This document shows, piece by piece, positions 38,831-50,335 of a DNA stretch of 64,000 bases. The position numbers were made by a program, and so were the translations under genes. The DNA is from Octopus sinensis (Eukaryota): positions 4,712,001 through 4,776,000 of the forward strand of contig NC_043011.1 of assembly GCF_006345805.1 (NCBI RefSeq), written 5' to 3'. The notes beneath the pieces are model-generated. The model was not told where the DNA came from. It saw only the letters and a list, made by a program, of their open reading frames with translations, and did not search any database. Every line of letters starts with the position of its first letter. The stretch's first letter is position 1.

Positions 38831-41150
38831 TAGTGGATCTTTTCGCGGGCGCTTGTCAGCATGCATTGGAGCGGTTCAACTTCTCCAGGCGCCAACGCCG
38901 CCTCAACATCTCCTCGGCTGAGCTCTTGGCTCTTCGTTCCCTCCAGCGGCGCGCTGACATTATCATCAAACCGGCTGACAAGGGTGGAGCTGTAGTGGTG
39001 TGGCGCGCGGACCTCTATAGGGCCGAGGCTTTCCGCCAACTCAATGACACCTCCTTCTATTCCCCTCTGCCCTCTAACCCCACACGTAGCTACCAACAGA
39101 CGGTATCCTCTACTGTCCAAGACCTCATCTCGTCCTCCCGTCTCCCCCGCACCGCATCCAACCTAATTGTGCGAACCCCACGTACCCCCACCATTTACTT
39201 CCTCCCCAAAATCCACAAACCCAACAACCCTGGCCGCCCCATCGTCTCTGCCTGTAACTGCCCCACGGAGCTCATCTCTAAATACCTCGACCGTGTCCTT
39301 GCCCCCCTAGTGGCATCTCTTCCCTCCCACATCCACGATACCAACCATGCTCTCCGGCTTTTCAACTCTTTCTCCTTTCCTCCCGGCTCCTCCAAAATCC
39401 TTTTTACTATGGACATCCAAAGCCTCTATACTGTTATCCCTCACCACGAAGGACTGCAGGCCCTTCGACACTTTCTTGACCTCCGCTCTAACCCTGTACC
39501 TGACACCTCCACACTCATTCGTCTGGCCGAACTTGTCCTTACTCTGAACTGCTTCTCGTTCGCGGGCGAGTTCTACCATCAGGTCTCGGGAGTGGCCATG
39601 GGAACGCGAATGGGCCCCAACTATGCGAACCTGTTCGTTGGCTATGTTGAGGCCCAAATATTCTCTAATTTCACTGGTCCCACTCCTGAACTATATGGTC
39701 GTTATATTGACGACATTATCGGTGCCACCTCACTCTCCCGCGAACATCTAGATTCCTTCCTCTCTTTCGTCCAATCTTTCATCCAGCCCTCCACTTCACT
39801 TCCACTATCTCCAACACCTCTGTCTCCTTCCTCGACATTTCGGTTAGCATTCTTCACTCCACTCTTACCACCTCCATTCACTACAAACACACAGACTCAC
39901 ACTCATACCTCAACTTCTCTTCCTCCCACCCAGAACACACCAAGCTTTCCATCCCCTATTCCCAATTCCTCCGTCTACGTAGGCTCTGTAGTGACGACCA
40001 TGACTTTGAGACTCAGTCTCAACGTATGGCTCACCACTTCACCCTACGTGGATACCCCCTCACCACTATCCACACCGCCCTTGCCAGAGCACGGTCCGTG
40101 GACCGTGTATCTGCTCTCTCTCCCCGAACCCGCCCTGTAGTCTCCCGCCTCCCTTTTCCCCTCACTTACCACCCCACGACCCTACGTCTCCAACGCACCA
40201 TTCTTCGAGCTTTCCGTCATCTCCAGTCCGACCCGTCCACTTCACACCTCTTCCCTAACCGACCCCTCCCCTCTTTCAAACGAGCCCACAACCTTCGAGA
40301 CCTTTTGGTCCATAGCTCCTTCCCTGACCCTACCTCCCAACCCGGCTCGTTCCCCTGCTCCCGCCCACGTTGCCGCACTTGCCCTTACCTCTCCAACACC
40401 ACCCGCCTCACTAGCACCCACCATCGACCCTATCCCATCATCCACTCCTTCACCTGCACCTCCAGCAATATTATCTATTGCATCTCTTGCTCTCTCTGCA
40501 ATTCCTTGTACATCGGACAAACGGGACGCCGCTTGGCTGACCGGTTCGCGGAACACCTTCGTGACATCCACCTTGCGAACGACACACCGGTCTCACGCCA
40601 TTTCCGCTCCACCGGTCACTCCTTGCAACACCTATCTGTGTTCGGTTTGTCCTTACACAGAGGCCATCCGGATTCCCGTTTGCGCCGTGAACAGGAATTA
40701 ATCTCTCTCTCTCTTCGCTCTTATACGCCATTTGGTCTCAACTCTCCCCCCCCTCCTCATCTACCCCCCTCTCCCCCTCCTCACCTATCCTTTCTCCCCC
40801 CGACCCCTACTTCTTCAGTCCTTCATCCTTTCACCCCTACTCCCCTTCCCTTCTCCCTCTTTCTCCCTCCCTCTTCCCCTTCCCTCTGCTCCCTCACTCC
40901 CTCTCTCCCCTTCTCTCTCTCCCCCTCTCCCTCTTTCCTCCTTCATCTCCCCCTCCTCACCTTCCTTCTCCCCCATCGTCTCCTCTTCCCCCTTCTCCTC
41001 CCCCCCTCTTCTTCCCCTCCCCTTCTCTCCCCCCTCTTCTCCCCTCCCCTTATCTCCCCCCTCTCTCCCCTCCCCCTCTTCTCCTCACTACACATGACTT
41101 TACACATCACATCACATATGATGTGCCATACTAATACACACACCAACTAA
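38831..41150 (+). pseudogene. PLE reverse transcriptase-GIY-YIG endonuclease ORF with a single 1-nt deletion at 39780/39781
   Basis: IKPADKGGAVVVW, FLPKIHKPNNPGRPIVS, TMDIQSLYT, AMGTRMGPNYANL, RYIDDI; after the shift SFLDI, YKHTDSHSYL, SIPYSQFLRLRRLCS, CSRPRCRTC, IIYCISC...LYIGQTGR, PFGLN. Confidence 0.92.
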
Positions 41151-41632
41151 TACATACTAATACGTACTAATACATACTAGTACATACTAATACTTACACC
41201 ACCCTATACATACACACGTCCAGACCCCGCATACGCACTTATACTCTCTCACACACACACACACACACACCTATACATACCAATACGTACTAATACATAC
41301 TAATACATACTAATACATACACCAACCCCATACATACGCACGTCCAGACCAATCTTACGCACTAATACTCTCTCATACACCACACCACCACACACACACA
41401 CCTATACATACTAATACATACACCAACCCTATACATACACACATCCAGACCCCTCCCACGCACTTTTAGCTGGTCCTCAACCTTTTATCAACCCTATTAT
41501 CTCCCCTTATTTCGCTCTCGCGTCTCATGTTTGATCTTTGACCTCTGGCCGAAATCAGATCGCCATGTTGATTCGTTAGCTACTGCACGCATTTTTTTTC
41601 TCTCCTTCTTTCTGTGTTTTTCTCTCTGTGTA

Positions 41633-41670
41633 TCTTTCTGTTGAAGAGCGTAGGCTCGAAACGTTAAAGA
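41633..41670 (+). ncRNA. Minimal type I hammerhead-like motif in the PLE 3' tail, CUGUUGA core
   Basis: tcttt CTGTTGA a gagc gtag gctc GAAA cg T t aaaga: perfect 5-bp stem I, 4-bp stem II, ACGT stem III. Confidence 0.7.
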
Positions 41671-41792
41671 CTTGTTTTATTTTATTTCCTGAGCGCCATA
41701 CTAATACAATTGTTCGTTTGTTTTCCACCTGCCTTCGTCTTTTGTTTATTTTCATAAAGCTTCCCGTTATATATATAATATATATTATATAT

Positions 41793-41830
<38 letters not shown>

Positions 41831-41935
41831 TATTAATAATAATAATAATAATAAATATTAGGGAATAATCCAAATTTACAGGGAAAAATCAGATTTATGA
41901 TTGAATCCAATTTTATAGTAAAATAAATATATTAC

Positions 41936-42138
41936 TTAGAGACAAACCCACTATTATGCAAAGCAAACAAAGAAAGACTTAATCCAATACATAAAAAAAT
42001 TTATATATAAATTAATATAATTAAGATTAAATAATTAATCTTAATTAATCTTAATTATATTTAATTTATATAAAAAATTTTATGTATTGGATTAAGTCTT
42101 TCTTTGTTTGATTTGCATAATAGTGGTTTTGTCTCTAA
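41936..42138. repeat. AT-rich imperfect palindrome (~95-bp arms), plus a third copy of the arm at ~42183-42245
   Basis: ttagagacaaacccactattatgcaaag... versus its reverse complement; related to the 31-bp inverted repeat at 14179-14209/14370-14400. Confidence 0.8.
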
Positions 42139-42267
42139 TTAATATTATATATATATATATATATCTATATATAATATAATAAAATTTTATGTATTGATTA
42201 AGTCTTTCCTTGTTTGTTTTGCAAAATAGTGGTTTTGTCTCTAATAAATTTTATATATATAATATAT

Positions 42268-42309
<42 letters not shown>

Positions 42310-42659
42310 GCATATACACATATATATATAAGCCAAGTTTAGGTTAGCTGAACAATGTTTGTGACCAATTTCAACTACTAAAAGGCAAATTCACTGTTGT
42401 TTACCGTAGGGAAAAAATTTTCCCTCATGGTACAAAGGTGTGAAAACACTGTATCTGGTTTGTGTCGCCATCTATCAAGATTCCCAGACATTGACGAGTG
42501 TAGCTCGTTGGGTTTTATCAATGGGAAGTACGTAAGAAAGGCTAATCCGAACATATCTTATAAAGCGATAGCATATGTAGAATACAGTGAAATACATTGA
42601 TTGATTTTTGCTGGTAGATCGTGAAAATTGCTGAAATATTAGCGCCAGTGTTTAGGCAT

Positions 42660-42726
<67 letters not shown>

Positions 42727-42797
42727 ACTGAAAAAACGGGGAAAAAGGCAACAAGAAAAACACAACAACGTGAGTACGTAGCACATGTAAACATGGT

Positions 42798-42834
42798 TGT
42801 TTTACGTTTCGAGCATAGCTCCTCTTCGGAAACA
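42798..42834 (-). ncRNA. Minimal type I hammerhead-like motif, CCGAAGA core
   Basis: tgttt CCGAAGA g gagc tat gctc GAAA cg T a aaaca: all stems intact; element at 42725-42910 lies between (TA)n tracts. Confidence 0.72.
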
Positions 42835-43091
42835 GGAAACATAGGCAAGACCAAAGGAAAAGGAAGAAAATATTGCCAACAGTCCACGCGTAGTTACATT
42901 TTTGAAATGGATATATATATATATATATATTATATTTACATCCTACATCTTTGGTCGAACAACACCGTTGAATTCTTTGCTATTCTTCTTGACATGAGGA
43001 AATAAGCAAAATAGGACGCTACACACACACACACGCACTTACACACATGCAGACATGCATACATGCAGTACCTACATACATACATACACAA

Positions 43092-43147
<56 letters not shown>

Positions 43148-43321
43148 ACACATATACACACTCACTTACAGACCATTTAGACAGTATTTGAAGCGAAAGT
43201 ATAGATGTGATTGTTCCAAAATATGTCCTATTTAATTCCAATCATCAGCCTTCTCTTTTCTCGCCGCCTCATCGCATCTCTATCCTCCCTTCCACTTTCC
43301 ATCTCTCCCTTCTGCCTCTAC

Positions 43322-43398
<77 letters not shown>

Positions 43399-43433
43399 AT
43401 ATCTATCTGTCTGTCTGTCTGTCTGTCTGTTTT

Positions 43434-43464
<31 letters not shown>

Positions 43465-43487
43465 GCCTGTCTGTCTCTGTCACTGTC

Positions 43488-43533
<46 letters not shown>

Positions 43534-43560
43534 CTCTCTCTCTCTCTCTTTGTCTGTCTC

Positions 43561-43627
<67 letters not shown>

Positions 43628-43700
43628 GTCTGTCTATCTGTCTATCTGCCTATCTGTCTATCTATCTGTCTATCTGTCTATCTATCTGTCTATCTGTCTG

Positions 43701-43735
<35 letters not shown>

Positions 43736-43744
43736 GTCTCCTTC

Positions 43745-43830
<86 letters not shown>
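43322..43830. repeat. Compound (TCTA)n/(TCTG)n microsatellite
   Basis: Visible directly; explains the LSIY/LSVC ORFs. Confidence 0.95.
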
Positions 43831-43833
<3 letters not shown>

Positions 43834-44015
43834 TATACGATCTCTCTTCAAGGCTTTCAGCCAAAAACAAAACATCAACCACAAAAAGCAGTTTTCGGTA
43901 AACACATCACCCGTTGACTTTTAACTGTCGACGGAGAAAAAAAACATTTTTTTTTAATTTCGTTATTTTTTTCTATTTTCTGTTTTTCTCTTTTTTTTAA
44001 CAAATCACTCGACAT

Positions 44016-44093
44016 CCGGAAATCCATCATGAAATGTTCCAAGAGACGAAGCTAAACTCCGGAAGTGTCGATGGTGTGAGAAGCTGATTGGTC
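44016..44093. promoter_or_regulatory. Possible core-promoter-like motif cluster (ETS sites plus CCAAT box)
   Basis: ccggaaat at 44016-44023, ccggaagt at 44059-44066 and minus-strand gaccaatcag at 44084-44093, in a non-repetitive island. Confidence 0.3.
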
Positions 44094-44352
44094 TGATACG
44101 AAGACCCACAGTCTTTCCTACTACTACTACTACGGCCACCAACCACCACCACCATCTAATTCACATATCAACGCACTTAGACCCCTCCCCCACTTTTTTT
44201 CTCACTTTATTCACCTCTCTTCTTCTACTCTTTCTTTCTCCATCTCATCCCCCAAATCTTTCTCTCTCTATTTCTTTTGTTATTTCTCCCCTCTTCCCTC
44301 CATCTGCTCTTTCTCTCATTTCCACTCTTTCTTTTCTCTCTGTTCCTCTTTT

Positions 44353-44427
<75 letters not shown>

Positions 44428-44488
44428 CTCGTTCTTTCTCTCTCTCTCTCCTTCTCTCTCTCTCTCCCTCTCTCCTTATCTCTCTTTC

Positions 44489-44519
<31 letters not shown>

Positions 44520-45054
44520 CTCTCCCTCTCTCCTTCTCTCTCTCTCTCCTCTCTCTCTCTCATTTTCTTTTCTCTGAAAATCTCTTCCCTGTCTCTATCT
44601 TCCTCTCCTTTTCCCCATAATATTTGCCATTAAACAACCAGTTCTAATAACACAACTATTATACGCTACTTTCAAAACTATTGTACTATAGCACCTTCCC
44701 CCCCACACACGCCCACAGACACATCTTTCTCTCAACTTGTATGTGCGTATGTAAATGAGTGCGTATTGGATCATATGTCTTTTATGCGCTTATTTGTGTG
44801 TGTGCTTCTGTTACAGAATTTCTATGCGGTTGTCTGAATAACTCTTGTCTCTATGTCTATGTCTATGTCTCCTCTTTGCTTGTCCTTTCACATTAACGCA
44901 TGCACGCACCCATCATCACGCGCGCGAGCGCAAATAGTATTTAACTGTGAAGCTAAATAATCCAACGCCCGCAAGTTTTGTGCATGACACTCACCACAAA
45001 CTATATCATAAATCACAAATTTGCGACACATACATGGATGCGCACGCACACACG

Positions 45055-45118
<64 letters not shown>

Positions 45119-45299
45119 CACACACAGAGGCACATTTTAAACAGTTTGCTCAAGCCTTAGAGAGATAGAGTTCTGTGTTCTGTTAGGGGTCTGCGAAACT
45201 TAAGTTGCATGGAACCAAATAAAACTTTTAAATAATACATGTAACTCCTACTTAATGTGTTGAATGCCCTTTTGTTTCGTTTGACCACTCATTCATGTA

Positions 45300-45340
<41 letters not shown>

Positions 45341-45419
45341 CTATATGATTTGAACTAGTTTCAGTTCATGAGCCATGCTGGGGCACCACCATTTGGTGTT
45401 GCTAATTATACTTCACTAA

Positions 45420-45984
45420 TTCTTTTTAGAAATTGACATTTGGTGCATGAGGGAGCTTGAAGTGGCTGACCTCATCTGCACTTCCTGCTGTGAAGTTGGT
45501 TCATCTGGGACACTTGACAATAAGAGATCCAGTTTCGTTTTGAAAATACCTACATCAATCCCATGTAAGCCTTCGTTTTGAAAATACCTACATCAATCCC
45601 ATGTAGGCCTTCGTTTTGAAAATACCTACATCAATCCCATGTACGCCTTCGTTTTGAAAATACCTACATCAATCCCATGTAGGCCTCTCAGGTCGTTCAG
45701 GGGGATATTGAAGTGCTTTGGTCTCTTAAAGGCCAGATTGTTGTAGTATCTTGTCCTACATCTTTATGGCAAATCTGGAATCCTTGGCACTATGCAGTGG
45801 CGTCCTGTTCTAGTATTTGTATAACTCTCGATGCCAAAGTTTGGAACAAGTCCCCCTAGGATCTTCCGGATGTATATTATGGCGTACCTTTCTCGACTAC
45901 GCTCTAAGGAATAAAGTCTTAATCTCTTGAGTCTTTCCCAGTAGCTTATATGCTGCATAGACGCTATCTTCTTCGTGTAGTTTC

Positions 45985-45985
<1 letters not shown>
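45420..45985 (-). mobile_element. CR1/L2-group LINE 3' end
   Basis: SYWERLKRLRLYSLERSRERYAIIYIRKIL RT C-terminal motif. Confidence 0.8.
45534..45685. repeat. 4 x 38-bp tandem repeat
   Basis: ttcgttttgaaaatacctacatcaatcccatgtaNgcc x4 with one variable position and no spacers. Confidence 0.95.
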
Positions 45986-46071
<86 letters not shown>

Positions 46072-46559
46072 GTGTGTGTGTGTGTGGTGTCTGTGTATGT
46101 GTGTGTGTCTGTGTAAATACAAAATGGGGCAAGAACACAAAGCATCCGGACAACTAGGTGATACAAAAAGGGACAACAAAACATCCAGATAGATGATACA
46201 AAAAAAGCAAGTACGGAAAACATTGTTACACAAATAAAAATAATATAAATGCAATAAAAATAATAATAACAGGACATAACAACAGGTGTCTTTCGACTGG
46301 GGATGAACTGAATTCAGCTGGCGTGTGTGGAAATGAAGCCTTATGGCAGAGATACAAAATTTTCACAAACACAGGAAAGAATATCGATGTTGCACTGACC
46401 ACGATCAGACCCAAAAAGAGAGAGCTAGCAGTCTGGCCTATCGGTCACGTGGGAAGAGAAGAGAGAGAAAAGGAGGAACAAAAGAATTAAGAAGGGGGAA
46501 GAGAAGAGAGAGAGTTGTAGAATTCTTCTGTCCATCTGCTTGTTGATAGAATAGTTTTC

Positions 46560-47000
46560 ATTTTCTATAGTAATAGAAAGGCCGATTCTATTGAAAAATT
46601 TGTATAAGCGTTTTTTTAAGTAGTTTTAAGGCGTCTATTAGAGATGTTTCTAATTAAGTGTATCGTGCCTATAGAGTCCCTCACCAAATTCTGGAAACTC
46701 CTTATTAATGTTGTCTAATAGGTATATTTCCACAAGGTCGGTCACCTCCACTGAGTCTGGGGAACCTATTGTTATATCAATGAAATTTGGTGTGTCTTTT
46801 CTTGCCCACAATTTATCAAATTCGATAACAGACTTACGGGCCGTGAAGATTACATTGATTTCTTTCATACTGACCTTAGTATAGTTCTTAGCAAAAATGA
46901 GAGCACTATTTAAGATAGTGGGATTTATATATATATATATATCCTTCGTTTTCGTATTTGGCTTACAAAATTCTTGATGTGAATTCGTGTGTTGAAACAA
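46560..47000 (-). mobile_element. Decayed PLE RT fragment (Naiad/Chlamys-like)
   Basis: SALIFAK...IFTARKS...DITIGSPDSVEVTDLVEIYLL...GLYRHD resembles the FDVTMGSxDGAExxELVG...GLYRDD pattern. Confidence 0.65.
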
Positions 47001-49847
47001 ATTATGTTGTATCTCGGGAGGATCATTACATCAATTATAATAACACACACACACTGGTTCAATATCATTTATTTATTGTTACTCAGTAGGTTAAATATCT
47101 AGCCAAATAACTAATCGATCGTTAGGCAGACCTTGAAAAGAGGAGAGGTATGTCATTGATGAGGTGTGAATAGGAACAAAAGGACTCTCACATTGATTGT
47201 TTAACCAGCAGATTAATCAAACGATCGCTTAGTAAGTTGGTTAGATATTCAACCGACTGACAATCAATAAAGAAATGATATTCAGCCATTGAGTGTGTTA
47301 TTATTATTAGCATAAAGGCCCATCCCACAAAGTTTTTACAGCATATTTTCGATATAACTTTTAAAGAATACATGTTTATTATGAACTTTTATAAAAGTCC
47401 GGTACTTTTATAAAAACCGAACCGCTAAGTTACGGGGACATAAACAAACCGACACTGGTTGTTAAGTGATTGAGAGACAAACACAAAAACTTACCCACTC
47501 TCTCTCTCACACATATACGATGGGCTTCCACATAGTTGCTATCAACCAAATTCATTCACAAGTCATTTGTTGGCCAGGAATCTTAGTAGAAGTCACTAGC
47601 TCAATATTGTCTCTAACCAATACTGTTAACTCCCACACTGGTTAGATTCACTTCACTTCAAAGAGATATCATGTTTAAAGAAATTCAGGCCAGCACTATA
47701 AACCATGGGAGCAGTGTGGAATTAACAAGTATTCCGTATAATTATTGTGCTACATTCAATCAAGTACAGTTGGTGGGTTGGAAATGTAACGTCGAGCCAA
47801 TTAATTTCAATGAAATTTTAGCGAAAATACTCTACATATTTTATTTGTAAGATTATTACTGGTCGTAAGGCGGCAGAATTATTAGCACGCTAGACAGAAT
47901 TCTTAGTAATGTTTCTTCCGGTTTTACTCTCCCATTTCAAATGTCGCCGATGTTGACTTTGTCTTTCATCATTTCGAGAGCGATGAAATAAGTACCTGTT
48001 GAACATTGAGGTCAATGTAATCGACTGCACCCTCTCACCTAAGCTGCCAACTCTATGCCAAAAATTAGAAAGTTAGCTACAACAAATCGTCTTAGAGTTA
48101 CTATTCTTCCATGGCGACGACGGCCATCGCCACTGCCACCAGCACCACCAACACCAGCCTTTTGTATGAAAAAAAAATGCGTAAAGACATTCGATAATTT
48201 ATGGTAGAACTGTTCGTAAAATAATACATTATGTGTAAAGTAATAAAACTATTAATTGAGTAAGAGAGTATGTGATAAGAGTTGATGCTATTCAGATTAC
48301 AAATTTTCTTGACTATAAACATAATCTTTCGAAAGCATTCGAAATCGTACAAAAATTTGATATTTCAATGAATTAATATCAACTAAAGGATAACTTGTTA
48401 ATAATCAAAAGCAAATTGGTTTTTTATTAAAACAAAGAGAAAACAACAAAAAATCTGCACTACGTTCGATCGGTTACATCTTCAATCAACATATATGCCT
48501 TCATGATCCGAGATTGACTCGATTGAGGCTCACGGCGGATATTTAAACAACGTTTAGTGTTTAATTGTCTCAGGCATTAGACTACAGCCATACTTATCAA
48601 GCGATGGTGGGATCAGACAGACAAACAGGACAGACACACACACCACACACACACACCACACACACACACCACACACTCGTGTATATATATGTGTGTGTGT
48701 TTGTTCATGTGTGTGTGTGTGTATACTCAATGGGTTTCTTTCGGTTTTCTTCTACCAAATACTAAATCCACTCACAAGATCTTCATCGGCCCGGGTCGGT
48801 AGTAGAAGACACTTGCCTAAGATCCCACGCAGCGATATTGAACCCAGAATCATGTGGATAAGAAGCAAGCTTCATAACAGGCATTCATGCTTGGTAGCCT
48901 TTTATACTCAAAACTAATTATCTTGTTGAAAATCATCGGTTTTTTCTTTTTGTTTTTCTGTCGTTGTTGTTTTTTTTTGTGGTGGTGTCGTGGTGATGGT
49001 GTAAAAGAATTATAAAATGTTTTAAAGATAATTTGCCATTTTAGGATAAGTTACAAAGTGATTGAATTAGGGAGAAATTCAGAAGGGGGCTTTTAAAAAA
49101 TTTTACAGCGAACTGATTATTGTTATGTGTATATTATAAAGTCTTCATTTTGTATTTCGTCTATTGTTGTCAGCATACCATTGTTAAGCATACAATTGGA
49201 TGTACATACCGCAGACAGTCATAACAAACAAAATGTGTATCAGACCATTTTCGGGCCGAGCCTCACTAACAGATCCCTTGTCTAATGACAAGCAAAAGAG
49301 AAAAAAAAACAACAGTAACTAACAAAAACACAAAAATAAAACAAAATAGAAAAGGGAATGTTCCCTCCCCCACTAAGGGATGAAATGAAATTTCAAACAT
49401 TCATTGCTGTATACACAATGTACACAGCGGGATTTCATCCTTATCTTCGGCTCCGCCAGAGGCAGACAAAATCATTGTTGTAACCTGAGCCATTTGCCAG
49501 AATCTTCATGCCAAACAAGAAAAAAGTTATTAGATGAAAGAATTATGGTATGATAATTATAATAGTGTGTAAATGTTATGTATGAGTGCAAGTATATGTG
49601 TGTGCGCGTGTTTGTGTTTGTGTGTGTGTGTTTGTGTGTGTGTATGTTTGTGTGTATGTTTATGTATGTAAGTATATATATGTATATACACACACGTTTA
49701 TATATATAGATGTATATATAGAGATAGATACATATACGTGTGTATATGTATATATATGCACATACATGCCTATATACACACATACATGCATATATATATA
49801 TATACATATATATATATGCATATATATATATATATAGTGTGTATGTA

Positions 49848-49884
<37 letters not shown>

Positions 49885-49983
49885 ATGAATGAAATTATGA
49901 TAATCTGTGCTTATAATAATATATTCACCCCACCAAAATATAATGTGAGATGAGGTACTTGTACATGTGTATATATGTATACA

Positions 49984-50036
<53 letters not shown>

Positions 50037-50299
50037 TATTTATATATAGGTATGTATGTATATATATATATACATACACATGTATATGTATGTGTGTGCG
50101 CGCGGGTGTATTGTGTGTGTGAGTAACTATATAGATGTCAACATAAGTGTTTATGTTCATGTAAATGTATACATACTTTACTATATATATATATATATAT
50201 AGTATATCCCAAAAAGAAGAACAAACGCAAAAAGACAACAACGCGAGGACGTGGTACATGTAACGTATTAGTAGACTGTCGGGCAAGGAAAGAAAGATG

Positions 50300-50335
50300 G
50301 TTTAACGTTTCGAGCAGACGCTCTTCTTCGGAAAC
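50300..50335 (-). ncRNA. Minimal type I hammerhead-like motif, CCGAAGA core
   Basis: gttt CCGAAGA a gagc gtct gctc GAAA cg T t aaac: all stems intact; element at 50200-50405 lies between (TA)n tracts. Confidence 0.72.

Larger units (their letters stand above)
38831..41770 (+). mobile_element. Near-intact, 5'-truncated Penelope-like retroelement flanked by (TA)n
   Basis: RT plus GIY-YIG ORF, pyrimidine tract, triplicated 3' module and hammerhead-bearing tail; (TA)n at both junctions. Confidence 0.92.

Noticed and set aside
43207-43924. 236-237 aa ORFs
   Set aside because: Pure (TCTA)/(TCTG) repeat translation.
45534-45685. 38-bp direct repeats resembling a CRISPR array
   Set aside because: Units are head-to-tail with no spacers, there are no cas genes, and the context is a eukaryotic LINE.
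46560-47000. Selenocysteine (UGA) recoding in the Naiad-like fragment
   Set aside because: The fragment is too decayed to distinguish conserved UGA codons from random stops, and no SECIS was identified.
48460-48500. ttgaagatgtaaccgatcgaacgtagtgc (minus strand) hammerhead-like remnant
   Set aside because: Lacks C3, one A of GAAA and a full stem I.
49374-49442. Imperfect hairpin as a pre-miRNA
   Set aside because: A large asymmetric bulge leaves too few contiguous pairs.
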